Assembly (NCBI GenBank): GCA_963816185.1
Contig: CAWFJJ010000008.1
Location: forward strand, 256,001 to 320,000
Source of the DNA: Thermoanaerobaculia bacterium
GTDB taxonomy: Bacteria; Acidobacteriota; Thermoanaerobaculia; UBA5066
DNA length: 64,000 bases
Reading direction: 5' to 3'
Below the pieces are notes generated by a model, which saw only the letters and a list, made by a program, of their open reading frames with translations, searched no databases and was not told the origin of the DNA. Below, piece after piece: positions 1 through 12,204 of this stretch; positions within the stretch are counted from its first letter, which is position 1; each line of letters starts with the position of its first letter. Position numbers and translations under genes: made by a program.

Positions 1-1346
1 CCGACCGTCAGGTAATAGATCGGGATTCCCGCCGCGACGACGCCGAGGACAGCGAGCGTCGACCAGCGGCTCTCGGGCTGGACGATCGCGTTCGCGAGGA
101 GATAGAGCACGGAGGCGATGAAGAGGATCGGCACGAGTGGGAAGAACGGCGCCCGAAAGGACGGCGCGTAGCCGGGCGCTCTCCTCAGCCGGAAAATAGA
201 CGCGACCCCGAGAGCGTAGAAGGGGAGGAACGCGGTCACGAACGCGTCGGCGAGCTGCTCGAAGCTGCGCGACAGAACGAAGATGATCCCGAGGGCCGCC
301 GTCATCGAGATCGACACCCAGGGCGTGCCCCAGCGCGGGTGCACGGAGGCGATCGGCTTGAAGAAGAGCCGGTCGTTCGCCATCGCGAAAAAGATGCGCG
401 GGCTCGTGAAGAGCACCGTGTTGAGCGTGCCGAAGGTGGAGATCATCACCGTGACGGACACGAAAGCGACGCCGGCCCTCCCGAAGACGGCCTGTGCGAC
501 GTCGGCGGCGACGAGCTTCGAGACGCGGATCTGGTCGATCGGAAGGACCGCGAGGTACGCGAGGTTCGCGAGGAGGTAGATCGCGACGACGGCGAGCGTG
601 CCGCCGATGAGGGCGCGCGGGAGGTTCTTCGCCGGATCTTTGACCTCGCCGGCGTTGTAGGCGAGGTCGGCCCAGCCGTCGAATGCCCACAGCGTCGAGA
701 CGAGCGCGAGGCCGAACGCGGCGAGCGTGAAGCTGCCCGCGGGAGCCGCCGGCGTGAAGTGGCCGCCCGTCGCCGGGAGGCCGAGACCGAACGCGACGAG
801 GACGATGAAGACGAGCCCGCCGTATTTCGCGAGAACGGTCAGGTTGCTGACCATCGCCGCGAGCGAGACGCCGCGGATGTTGAAGAACGCCGTGAGGGCG
901 ATCGCGAACGCCGCGAACCAGCGCACGATCCAGACGTTCGCGGGGCTCTCCGGGTCGGTCCCGATCACGCGGAAGAAATATTCCGAGAACACGATGGAGA
1001 TCGCCCCGAGTGAGGCGGCGCGGATCATCGAGAACTGTCCCCATCCGAAGAGGAAGCCCGCGAGACGGCCCCAGCCGTCGCGGCAGAAGACGTAAAGGCC
1101 GCCCGTTTCGGGCAGCGCGCTCGCGACCTCGGCCAGCGTCAGGGCGCCGCAGATCGCAAAGAGCCCGCCCGCCGCCCACACGCACAGCATGGGAAGCGGT
1201 CCAGGAAGCTTCGCGGCGATGCCCGCCGGCGATCTGAAGATCCCGGAGCCGATCGTCGAGCCGATGACGACGGCGACGGCGCTCCAGATGCCGAGCGTCC
1301 GCCGCAGCTCGTGCGGCGCCGCTGGAACCGAGGCGGCATCCGGCAT
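1..1346 (-). CDS. APC-family amino acid permease (3' end runs off the window)
   Basis: Manual translation from ATG at 1346: MPDAASVPAAPHELRRTLGIWSAVAVVIGSTIGSGIFRSP...AEVASALPETGGLYVF...WAFDGW; APC TM1 and TM6 motifs. Not in the ORF track because it is truncated. Confidence 0.9.
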   Translation of the reverse strand, partial: MPDAASVPAAPHELRRTLGIWSAVAVVIGSTIGSGIFRSPAGIAAKLPGPLPMLCVWAAGGLFAICGALTLAEVASALPETGGLYVFCRDGWGRLAGFLFGWGQFSMIRAASLGAISIVFSEYFFRVIGTDPESPANVWIVRWFAAFAIALTAFFNIRGVSLAAMVSNLTVLAKYGGLVFIVLVAFGLGLPATGGHFTPAAPAGSFTLAAFGLALVSTLWAFDGWADLAYNAGEVKDPAKNLPRALIGGTLAVVAIYLLANLAYLAVLPIDQIRVSKLVAADVAQAVFGRAGVAFVSVTVMISTFGTLNTVLFTSPRIFFAMANDRLFFKPIASVHPRWGTPWVSISMTAALGIIFVLSRSFEQLADAFVTAFLPFYALGVASIFRLRRAPGYAPSFRAPFFPLVPILFIASVLYLLANAIVQPESRWSTLAVLGVVAAGIPIYYLTV

Positions 1347-1410
1347 CTACGAATGGTACAGGACCCGACACAGGCCGTCCTCGGGCGGAACGCCATAGAA
1401 TCGATCGGCC

Positions 1411-2559
1411 GTGAAGATGTCTTTCGGTCTCGCGGCTCTCGTGGCAGCCCTCGCCTGCGGCGTGGGCGCCGGGCCGCGGGGCGTGGACCCGGGCTTACGC
1501 CTGGCGGCCGACAAAGGCCCCGGCAGCCTCGCCCTTGCCGACCTGAACGGCGACGGGCGGCTGGATCTCGTCGTTGCGAACGACGAGAGCGGAGACGTGA
1601 CCGTTCTGCTCGGAGACGGGAAGGGAGGCTTCGCGGCGGCGCGCGGGTCGCCCTTCCCGGCCGGAGAATCCCCGAACGACATCGCGATCGCGGACTTCGA
1701 CGGCGACGGCAAGCCGGATCTCGCGTTCCCGAACCACGACACCTCCCACGTAACGGTCCTCCTCGGAGACGGGCGCGGCGGATTCGGGCCGGCGCCGGGG
1801 TCGCCGGTCACGGTCCGGAGCAAACCGCATCCGCACGGAATCGCCGCCGCGGACTTCAACGCGGACTCTCACGTCGATTTCGCCGTCGAGAGCTGGGCGA
1901 GCGATCAGGTCGAGGTGGTCTTCGGAACCGGAGGCGGGAGGTTCCGAACCCGGAGCCAGCTTTTCGGCGTGGGTCACATGCCCTACCAGAAGCTCCGAGC
2001 GGGCGATTTGAACGACGACGGAGTCCCCGACATCGTCACGACGAACTTCGAGGGAGGGAACGTGACCGCCCTGCTCGGAGACGGCAAGGGCGGCTTCCGC
2101 GAGCCGCCCGGCTCCCCGTTTCCCGCAGGGGAGACTCCGTTCTCGCTCGCGCTCGCCGACGTCGACCGGGACGGCCATCTCGACCTCGTCGTCTCGAACT
2201 TCTCCGGCCGCGGCGGTGATACGAGCCACGACGCCGTCAACGTGCTCCTCGGGGACGGGCGTGGCGGATTCCGTAAGATGAAAGGCTCGCCGTTCGCGGC
2301 GGGCCCGAACCCGATCCACGTGACCGTCGGCGACGTGAACGGCGACGGCTGGCCGGACATCGCGACCGCGAACATGAGGGGCGACGATGTGACGGTTCTC
2401 CTCGGAGACGGACACGGATCGTTCCAGCCCGGCGTTCGCAGGCCGGCGGGGAGAGAGCCGTACGGTGTGGCGGTGGAAGACGTAGACGGGGATGGCCGTG
2501 CCGAGATCTTCGTGGCGAACCACGGCGGCGGCGACGTCAAGATGATCCGGTTCCGCTGA
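1411..2559 (+). CDS. Secreted FG-GAP/VCBS repeat (beta-propeller) protein
   Basis: Signal peptide followed by about 7 repeats of DLNGDGxxDL / VTVLLGDGxGGF. Confidence 0.9.
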   Translation: MKMSFGLAALVAALACGVGAGPRGVDPGLRLAADKGPGSLALADLNGDGRLDLVVANDESGDVTVLLGDGKGGFAAARGSPFPAGESPNDIAIADFDGDGKPDLAFPNHDTSHVTVLLGDGRGGFGPAPGSPVTVRSKPHPHGIAAADFNADSHVDFAVESWASDQVEVVFGTGGGRFRTRSQLFGVGHMPYQKLRAGDLNDDGVPDIVTTNFEGGNVTALLGDGKGGFREPPGSPFPAGETPFSLALADVDRDGHLDLVVSNFSGRGGDTSHDAVNVLLGDGRGGFRKMKGSPFAAGPNPIHVTVGDVNGDGWPDIATANMRGDDVTVLLGDGHGSFQPGVRRPAGREPYGVAVEDVDGDGRAEIFVANHGGGDVKMIRFR

Positions 2560-5258
<2,699 letters not shown>

Positions 5259-5287
5259 GAGCGCGATCCTGGTCCAGAATGGCGCGC

Positions 5288-5491
5288 ATGTCGAAGCCAA
5301 GATCCGAGGACGAGCAGAAGGCCGTCGAGACGATCCTGTGGGCGCTCGGCCATCGCCTCGCGCGCCTGAGGGACGAGTACACGATGAAGGTTCAGCGCGG
5401 CGAGGAGCCCGAGGGCGTGACGAAGGGCTTCGAGATGGCGCTCCGCGAGATCAACGACATGCTTCCGCGGCGCAAGCGTTTCAGGGGCTGA
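5288..5491 (+). CDS. Small hypothetical protein (about 67 aa, helical)
   Basis: MSKPRSEDEQKAVETILWALGHRLARL...; GC3-biased codons; fills the gap between trmJ and the nnrS-like gene. Confidence 0.65.
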   Translation: MSKPRSEDEQKAVETILWALGHRLARLRDEYTMKVQRGEEPEGVTKGFEMALREINDMLPRRKRFRG

Positions 5492-5497
5492 AACTGT

Positions 5498-6844
5498 TCA
5501 GGCGGCATGCGCGTGCACCGGGAGAGCCACGGGACTCGTGGCGTTCGCCCTCCGTTTAAGAGTCGCGACGAGGACGTGCGCCCACAGGAGCAGGCCTACC
5601 GTCGCGAAAATGCCGGTCGTCCCGACGAGCCTGTAAAGAGGCAGGCCGCCCCAGCCGAGGGCGACGGGGATCTGCAGCGCGCGGACCAAGGCCGCGGCGG
5701 CCACGAAGGCGAGGGCGAGACGTGCTTCGCGCGGGCGCACGAGCGCGCGACCCGTGAACGCCGGGACCACGCGCAGGCTCATGCCGACGATCAGGAGCGT
5801 GAGAAACCCGATCGTGTAGACGTGTCGCGCGCCGTCCCACACGAACTTGTGAACAGAGGCCCCCGAGAGCTCGCCGATCGAAGCCGCGATGGAGATCGCC
5901 GCGAAGAGCCCGAGAAAGGCGAACGGCGCGCGCAGCGAGAGCGCTCCGGGAGCCTTGGCGAACGGCGCGAGGATTCGGCCGGCGGCGAGGAACACGAGAA
6001 CCGCCGCAGAGACGAGCAGCGTTCCGCCGAGCGCGAAGCCGCGTGAGACGGGCGGCGTCAGGCCGGGAATCCAAGCGGCCGCGAGGAGGAGGACGCCTGC
6101 CCCCTGCAGCGCCGCGACGGGCCGCGCGCTCTTCGCAGTGGGTCGGTGCAGCCCCAGGAACGCGGGGACCATCCGCGAGGCGAAACCGAGTACGTACGAG
6201 AGAATGAAGCCGTAGAGCGCGATCGCGTAGAAGGGCTCGACGAGGCCGCCCGGGATCTCGGACTCCGCATGGCCCGCGAGGAAGAGCGACTGAGCGCCGG
6301 AGAGCACGACGGCGAGCGCGGCCCAGAGCGATCCGAAGAGGACGTGAAGGGAAAGAGGGTCGCCGAGGGAGCGGCGCGCGGCGAGAACGGGCAGAGCCCA
6401 GGCGAGGAACGCGAACACACCGGCGATCTCGAGCGTCCCCGAGAGAAGAGACAGGAATCGGCCCGCCGGCCAGGGCGCGAGCGGCTGTCCGAACGCGCGC
6501 AGCAGGGCGCCGCCGCCCACGCCGACGAGCACGGTGAAGAGCACCCGGTTGGACGGCGTTTTCGCTCCGAGGATGCGCGGAAGCGCGTGAAGCGCGACGC
6601 CGAAGATGAAGAGGCCGGCGAACCCGAGGAGCTGGACGTGCGCGTGAAGCTGAAGATGGGACACGAGAACCGTGCCTCCGGCGAAAGCCATCTGCCAGAT
6701 CGCCCAGCCGCCAGTCGAAACGCCGAGCGTGAGGGCGAGGGCGAGCGCGGTGAGGACGAAGGAGGGCAGGAGGTTGCGGGGGGGCGCGCTCGGGGCGTTC
6801 GACCCGCAAGCGCTGCAGCAAGGAGCGGTCTGAAGGGGGGCCAT
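5498..6844 (-). CDS. NnrS-like polytopic membrane protein (NO response)
   Basis: About 12 TM segments, HAHVQLLGF and RHVYTIGF His motifs, RMVPAF / RVVPAF; RBS GGAG before ATG 6844. Confidence 0.7.
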   Translation of the reverse strand: MAPLQTAPCCSACGSNAPSAPPRNLLPSFVLTALALALTLGVSTGGWAIWQMAFAGGTVLVSHLQLHAHVQLLGFAGLFIFGVALHALPRILGAKTPSNRVLFTVLVGVGGGALLRAFGQPLAPWPAGRFLSLLSGTLEIAGVFAFLAWALPVLAARRSLGDPLSLHVLFGSLWAALAVVLSGAQSLFLAGHAESEIPGGLVEPFYAIALYGFILSYVLGFASRMVPAFLGLHRPTAKSARPVAALQGAGVLLLAAAWIPGLTPPVSRGFALGGTLLVSAAVLVFLAAGRILAPFAKAPGALSLRAPFAFLGLFAAISIAASIGELSGASVHKFVWDGARHVYTIGFLTLLIVGMSLRVVPAFTGRALVRPREARLALAFVAAAALVRALQIPVALGWGGLPLYRLVGTTGIFATVGLLLWAHVLVATLKRRANATSPVALPVHAHAA

Positions 6845-6888
6845 GTCTTTCTCCACGGCCAAATTAGGCGTCAAGGCGCGGGTCCGGT

Positions 6889-6902
6889 ATGACGGGCGTC
6901 AT
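6889..6902. promoter_or_regulatory. Putative Crp/Fnr-family box ATGAC-N4-GTCAT
   Basis: ATGACGGGCGTCAT in the divergent nnrS-like/radical SAM intergenic region; also at 8262 and 29622. Confidence 0.65.
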
Positions 6903-6976
6903 TTCCGTGGGCTGAAGTCCCTGCATCATGGTTGCGCCGGCCATGGAGCACCATGCTTCAGCGCGGGAGGAGAACC

Positions 6977-8230
6977 TTGCTCAAGCCCGTCGAGCTCGAA
7001 ATCGAGCTCTTCTGCCGTGGGTTGCGCGTCGACCCTTCTTGCGAGGTGGATACCGACGGTCGCCGCATCTCGCGCACGCGCGCCGGCCTCGGGTCGGGCC
7101 TCGAGCTCGTCCTGCCGTCGCCGCGGAAGAAGATCTGGGTGAACGTGCCCGTCGTGGAGGCCTTCGCAGCGAAGTCGCCGTTCCTCCTGATGAAGACGGC
7201 GCGGGGCTACGTCGTTTGCGACTCTCGGCAAGGCGACCACTATCCCGTCGAGATCCCCGAGGAGCCCGCCTGGTACTCGTGGAAGACGTCGAGCGGCGTC
7301 GAGATGAGCCGTGTCGGAGTCCTGCAGGGCACGTACCTCGGGATCTACGTCTCGAACGCGTGTCTGTATTGGAACCTGCCGGCGTCTCCCGCGTGCGGCT
7401 TCTGCACGACGGGCCGCAACGTGGGCAAGGCCGAGGAGTCGAAGAAGAAGGTGGACGACGTGATCGAAGTCGCGAAGGCCGCGCGCGACGAGTCCGGCTC
7501 CATCTTCACGCATCTCAACACGGGCTATCACTTCGAGGACCGCGACGACCTCGAGGTCGTTCACGGCCTCAGGCAGTGCGAGCCGTTCGTGAAGCGGCTC
7601 CGCGCCGAGGTGGGCGGCTTCATCGGCGTCCAGGCCGTGCCGGTGCCGCGGCGCAAGTTCAACGAGTACGACGACCTGATCGCCGCCGGAACGGACCATT
7701 TCTCGTTCTGTTACGAATTCGAGGATCCCGCGTACTTCGCGAAGTTCTGCCCCGGTAAAGAGCTCACGCTGGGCCAAAAGGCGTTCTTCGAAGCGATGGA
7801 TTACACGGCGAAGAAGCTCGGGCCGGGGAAAGTCTCGGGCGAGATCATCGCGGGGCTCGAGCCTCTCGAGGCCACGAAGCGCGGTATCGACCGCATCGTG
7901 GATGCCGGGGCCTTTCCCACCGTCTGCATCTTCCGTCCCACCGTCGGCAGCGCGCTCGAGAGCGCCCCGCCACCCAAGGCGGACGAGATGCGCGAGGTCT
8001 TCACGCATCTCTGGAAGGCGGTGCAACGCGCCGGCCTCCCCGTCGGAATCCTCCCGGGCATCCAGGTCTCGCTCGTCGTCCAGCCGGAAGAAGCGGCCGA
8101 CCTCGTGCCGCCGACGTTCTCCTCGCGTCTCTACGAGACGAAGCTCGCGGCGCTGCGCACGTTCGCGAAACCTTACGTCGCGTGGAAGCTCCGCCCGAAG
8201 AGCGGACGGGTACGGGCGGCGACCGCGTAG
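6977..8230 (+). CDS. Radical SAM protein (MSMEG_0568/NitD-like)
   Basis: Extended motif CLYWNLPASPACGFC; IIAGLE, GAFPTVCIFRP; TTG start after GGAGG RBS. Confidence 0.75.
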   Translation: MLKPVELEIELFCRGLRVDPSCEVDTDGRRISRTRAGLGSGLELVLPSPRKKIWVNVPVVEAFAAKSPFLLMKTARGYVVCDSRQGDHYPVEIPEEPAWYSWKTSSGVEMSRVGVLQGTYLGIYVSNACLYWNLPASPACGFCTTGRNVGKAEESKKKVDDVIEVAKAARDESGSIFTHLNTGYHFEDRDDLEVVHGLRQCEPFVKRLRAEVGGFIGVQAVPVPRRKFNEYDDLIAAGTDHFSFCYEFEDPAYFAKFCPGKELTLGQKAFFEAMDYTAKKLGPGKVSGEIIAGLEPLEATKRGIDRIVDAGAFPTVCIFRPTVGSALESAPPPKADEMREVFTHLWKAVQRAGLPVGILPGIQVSLVVQPEEAADLVPPTFSSRLYETKLAALRTFAKPYVAWKLRPKSGRVRAATA

Positions 8231-8261
8231 AGGGCACCGTGGTCGGAAACACGCGCCCCCT

Positions 8262-8275
8262 ATGACCTTCGTCAT
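8262..8275. promoter_or_regulatory. Putative Crp/Fnr-family box ATGAC-N4-GTCAT upstream of the nos electron-transfer operon
   Basis: ATGACCTTCGTCAT, 35 bp before ATG 8310. Confidence 0.6.
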
Positions 8276-8309
8276 GACGGGCCGCCGCGTGGGAGAACAA
8301 CCTTCGACG

Positions 8310-10340
8310 ATGGCGATCTCCGTCCGGTTCCCCGACCTCGAACACTGGAAAGCGCAGGTCAAGTGTCAGGCCGGCTGTCCCGTCGCGACGGACGCCGGGC
8401 GATATGTCCAGCTCATCGCCGAAGGGCGGGACGAGGATGCCTTTCTCGTCGCGCGCGCGCCGAATCCGTTCGCGTCGGTGTGCGGGCGCGTTTGCGCCGC
8501 CCCGTGCGAAGACGCGTGCCGCCGCGGCTCGATCGACGCGCCCATCTCGATCCGGGCGCTGAAGCGCTTCGTCACGGAGCAGTACGGCGTCGAATCGCGT
8601 CGGCCGGACACGCAGGAAAGGCTGTTCAGAGAGCCGATCCTGGAGGGAAACCGCTATTCGGGTCACCTGCCGATTCACCCTTCGGGCGCAAAGAAGATTT
8701 TCTTAGAAGGGAATACAGACGAGGGCGCCGCGGGTGCACCGGCCGATCTCGCGAGCGCCGCCGAGCGCATTTCGCCCTCTTCACCTTCTAAGAAATCTCC
8801 CGGTTCTTCCGGGCGACCGAAGGTCGCCGTCGTTGGAGCCGGTCCGGCCGGCCTTTCCGCCGCGCACGACCTCGCGCTCCTCGGCTACAGCGTGACCGTC
8901 TTCGAGGCGGCGGGGGAGCCCGGCGGAATGATGCGCTTCGGCATCCCGGAGTACCGCCTCCCGCGGACGCTCATCAAGGCCGAGATCGACCGGATCCTCT
9001 CGTTCGGCGTCGCGCTCCGGCTTGGAACGCCTCTGACTCCGGACTTCGGCCTGACGGAGCTCAAGGCCGAAGGCTACGAGGCCGTCTTCCTTTCCGTCGG
9101 CGTGTCGAAGGGGCGCGACCTGCAGGTCCCGGGCGTCGAGCTGGACGGCGTCGTGAAAGCGGTCGACTACCTCCTGAACGTCAACCACGGCTTCCGCATG
9201 GACCTCGGGCGGCGCGTCGTCGTCATCGGCGGCGGGTTCGTCGCGTTCGACGCGGCGCGCACGGCGCTCCGCCTGGGGCGCGAAGCCGACGTCGACGCGC
9301 TCGAAGAGAAAGCCGGCGAAGCCGACGCGCGCCTCAAGGAAGCGCTCGACTCGGCGCGGGCCGCGCTGCGCGGCGGCGCGGCCGAGGTAACACTCGTCTC
9401 TCTCGAGAACTTCGAGGAGATGCCGGTTCTCCGGACGACGCAGGGCCACGAGGAGTTCGAGGAGGCGAAAAAGGAAGGCGTTCGCTTCCATCCGCGCCGC
9501 GGCCCGCAGCGCTTCCTCGGCAGCGGGCGCCTGACCGCCGTCGAGCTGAAGAGGGTGACGTCCGTCTTCGACGAGCGCGGGCGTTTCGCCCCCGCGTACG
9601 ACGAGTCGGACGTCGTGACGCTCGAAGCGGACGCCTGCGTCCTCGCGATCGGCCAGAAGGCGGACCTTTCGTTCCTGAAGCAGGGAGACGGCATCGCGCT
9701 CACGCCGGCCGGCACGATCGCGGTCGACAAGACGACGCTCGCGACGTCGGCTCCGGGGATCTTCGCGGGCGGCGACGTCGCCTTCGGCCCGCGCAACCTC
9801 ATCGAGGCGGTCGCGAACGGCAAGCGCGCCGCGCGCTCGATCCACGAGCACCTCGCGAAGGAGAAGGCCTCGATCCGCGCCACGCTCGAGATCGAGAAGA
9901 TCCCGACGTCGTCGTACCGGATGATCGCGGGCTTCGAGATCCTCGACCGCGAGGCGCCGCCGACGCTGGACCTCGGGCGGCGCACGGGCATCGCCGAAGT
10001 CGAGACGGGCTACGCGGCACTCGAGGCGCGCGCGCAGGCCGCGCGCTGCCTCATCTGCCACGTGCAGACGATCTACGACCCGGAGGCCTGCGTCCTTTGC
10101 AACCGCTGCGTCGACGTCTGCCCGGAGTACTGCCTCGCGCTCGTGCCGCTCGAGGAGCTGGACCTCCCGGAGGACGAGCGCGCGGCCCTCGCGGCGCGCG
10201 CCGGAGGAAACGGTTTGCCGCTGTCCGCGATGGTCAAGGACGACGACCGCTGCATCCGCTGCGGCCTGTGCGCGATCAGGTGCCCGACGGACGCGATGAC
10301 GATGGAGAAGTTCTCCATCACGGAGGGATTCGATGAGTGA
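8310..10340 (+). CDS. FAD/NAD(P)-dependent iron-sulfur oxidoreductase, GltD/NfnB/DsrL-like, with C-terminal 2x[4Fe-4S] ferredoxin
   Basis: CQAGCP, CGRVCAAPCEDAC, GAGPAG, GIPEYRLP, GGGFVAFD, FAGGD, RCLIC, CVLCNRCVDVCP, CIRCGLCAIRCP; no signal peptide. Confidence 0.85.
   Translation: MAISVRFPDLEHWKAQVKCQAGCPVATDAGRYVQLIAEGRDEDAFLVARAPNPFASVCGRVCAAPCEDACRRGSIDAPISIRALKRFVTEQYGVESRRPDTQERLFREPILEGNRYSGHLPIHPSGAKKIFLEGNTDEGAAGAPADLASAAERISPSSPSKKSPGSSGRPKVAVVGAGPAGLSAAHDLALLGYSVTVFEAAGEPGGMMRFGIPEYRLPRTLIKAEIDRILSFGVALRLGTPLTPDFGLTELKAEGYEAVFLSVGVSKGRDLQVPGVELDGVVKAVDYLLNVNHGFRMDLGRRVVVIGGGFVAFDAARTALRLGREADVDALEEKAGEADARLKEALDSARAALRGGAAEVTLVSLENFEEMPVLRTTQGHEEFEEAKKEGVRFHPRRGPQRFLGSGRLTAVELKRVTSVFDERGRFAPAYDESDVVTLEADACVLAIGQKADLSFLKQGDGIALTPAGTIAVDKTTLATSAPGIFAGGDVAFGPRNLIEAVANGKRAARSIHEHLAKEKASIRATLEIEKIPTSSYRMIAGFEILDREAPPTLDLGRRTGIAEVETGYAALEARAQAARCLICHVQTIYDPEACVLCNRCVDVCPEYCLALVPLEELDLPEDERAALAARAGGNGLPLSAMVKDDDRCIRCGLCAIRCPTDAMTMEKFSITEGFDE
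8689..8803. repeat. Intragenic inverted-repeat pair, copy 2 (in the GltD-like gene)
   Basis: CAAAGAAGATTTTCTTAGAAGGG (8689-8711) and TCGCCCTCTTCACCTTCTAAGAAATC (8772-8797), identical over 23 and 26 bp to 55731-55753 and 55882-55907. Confidence 0.9.
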
Positions 10341-10839
10341 GCCGAAGAGCCGGCGCGAGATCTTCCTGAAGCTGGGGTTCGGGGCAGGCGTGGCGGCCCT
10401 CGGAGCCCAGGCAGTCGCTTCATTGCGGTCGCTCGTGCCAAACGTGTCCTACGACGCGCCGACGACCGTAAAGATCGGCCTTCCGAACGACTTTCCCGAT
10501 GGGATGAAGTTTCTGCCGGACGAGAGGCTCTTCGTGTTCCGCGAAGGAAGAACGCTTCACGCGATTTCCGCGGTGTGCACGCACCTCGGCTGCACGGTCC
10601 GCGCGGAAGCGTTGTCCTCGCCGGAGACGAAAGACGTCAGCGGCAAGCCGCTGCGCCTCACGCACCGTTTCCTCTGTCCGTGTCACGGCTCGAAGTACGC
10701 CGGGGACGGCACGAACGTGGCCGGTCCCGCGCCGAAGCCGCTCGCCTGGTACCACCTCTCGCTTTCACCCGACGACGGACAGCTCGTCGTCGACCTCGCG
10801 CAGCCCGTGGAGCGCGACTTCCGCTTCACGCTGGCCTGA
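10333..10839 (+). CDS. Rieske [2Fe-2S] protein
   Basis: Tat-like SRREIFLK, CTHLGC and CPCHGS boxes, GPAPKPL. Confidence 0.93.
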   Translation: MSEPKSRREIFLKLGFGAGVAALGAQAVASLRSLVPNVSYDAPTTVKIGLPNDFPDGMKFLPDERLFVFREGRTLHAISAVCTHLGCTVRAEALSSPETKDVSGKPLRLTHRFLCPCHGSKYAGDGTNVAGPAPKPLAWYHLSLSPDDGQLVVDLAQPVERDFRFTLA

Positions 10840-10853
10840 AGGCCCGAGGAAAC

Positions 10854-12203
10854 ATGAGCGCAAAACCCGAAAAGCCCGGTTCTCCGCCCGCGAGCGCGCC
10901 CGGAGTCCATTCGAAGCCGCTGTGGAGCGTCAGGCCGGCCTCCGACCGCGAGGCGGGCGACGCCGTCGTGTCGAACTTCCTGCTCCACTGGTTTCCGGCG
11001 AAGACCTACAAGCCGTCGCTCGACTGGAACTATTCGTTCTGGCTCGGCACGGCCTCGGCCGCGCTGCTCCTGCTCCTGACCCTGTCGGGGCTGCCGCTCC
11101 TCTTTCTGTACGTCCCGTCCGTCGAGCGCGCGTACGGGTCCGTGAAGGACATCGAGTACGTCACGACGTTCGGCTTCTGGATCCGCGCGGTGCACCGCCT
11201 CTCCGCGCATCTCATGGTGGCCGTCGTCTTCCTCCACATGGTGCGCGTCTTCCTCACGGGCGCTTACAAGAACGGCCGTGGACAAGGGCAGAAGAGGGAG
11301 CAGAACTGGGTCCTCGGCGTGGGCCTGCTCCTCACTACGCTCCTCCTCTCCTTCACGGGCTATCTCCTCCCGTGGGACCAGCTCGCCTACTGGGCGATCA
11401 CCGTAGGGACGAACATCGCGTCCTCGATCCCGTTCGCCGGGCCGGCGATCCGCGAACTGCTCCTCGGCGGGCGCGCGATCGACCAGCCCACGCTCATCCG
11501 CTTCTACGTCCTGCACGTCCTCGCGCTCCCGGCCGCGATCGGCGTCCTCTTCCTGTACCACATGTGGCGCGTGCGCAAGGACGGCGGTCTCGCGCGGGCA
11601 GACAGGGCGACGCTCCTGCCGGAAAGGGCCGCCGAGGCTCCGTCGAAGACGAAGACCTACACGCTCCTCGGCATCGCGCGCGGGACGTCGCCGGCGGTGA
11701 AGGCTTCCACGCTCGAGCGAGAGGATACGACGGTCAACTCCATCCCCGACCTCACGAGGCGCATCGCGATCGTCGTCCTCGCGATTTTCGCGATCGTGAG
11801 CATCGCGTCGGTCTTCACCCACGCGCCGCTCGAGGAGCCGGCGAACGCGCTCGTGACGCCGAACCCGGCGAAGGCACCCTGGTACTTCCTGTGGCTCCAG
11901 GAGATCGTGACCGACACGACCGTGAAGATCGGCTCTTTCACGATCAACGGGGCGTTCCTCGGCGGCGTGCTCCTGCCGGGGGCTCTCGTCCTCCTGATGA
12001 CGGTCTGGCCGTGGCTCGAAAAGAGCGCGCCCGGCTCGGCCGGCGTGTGGTTCCCGAAGGACCGGCGGACGCAAAACGCGGTCTTCCTCGTGCTCGTCGC
12101 GATCGTCCTCGTGCTCACCTTCATCGGCACGTTCTGCCGCGGGCCGTACTGGCACCTCTACTGGCCGTGGCAGGCGTGGCCAGAGCTGCCGACGAGGATC
12201 TGA
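10854..12203 (+). CDS. Cytochrome b (b6 plus subunit IV fused type) of a Rieske/cyt b complex
   Basis: HRLSAHLMVAVVFLH, FTGYLLPWDQ, LH-X14-H, NPAKAPWYF (PEWY equivalent). Confidence 0.9.
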   Translation: MSAKPEKPGSPPASAPGVHSKPLWSVRPASDREAGDAVVSNFLLHWFPAKTYKPSLDWNYSFWLGTASAALLLLLTLSGLPLLFLYVPSVERAYGSVKDIEYVTTFGFWIRAVHRLSAHLMVAVVFLHMVRVFLTGAYKNGRGQGQKREQNWVLGVGLLLTTLLLSFTGYLLPWDQLAYWAITVGTNIASSIPFAGPAIRELLLGGRAIDQPTLIRFYVLHVLALPAAIGVLFLYHMWRVRKDGGLARADRATLLPERAAEAPSKTKTYTLLGIARGTSPAVKASTLEREDTTVNSIPDLTRRIAIVVLAIFAIVSIASVFTHAPLEEPANALVTPNPAKAPWYFLWLQEIVTDTTVKIGSFTINGAFLGGVLLPGALVLLMTVWPWLEKSAPGSAGVWFPKDRRTQNAVFLVLVAIVLVLTFIGTFCRGPYWHLYWPWQAWPELPTRI

Positions 12204-12204
12204 C

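Noticed and set aside
1411-2559. Recurrent ctcggagacgg-type DNA repeats that could mimic a CRISPR array
   Set aside because: They are codons of FG-GAP protein repeats, degenerate at third positions; no cas genes are present.
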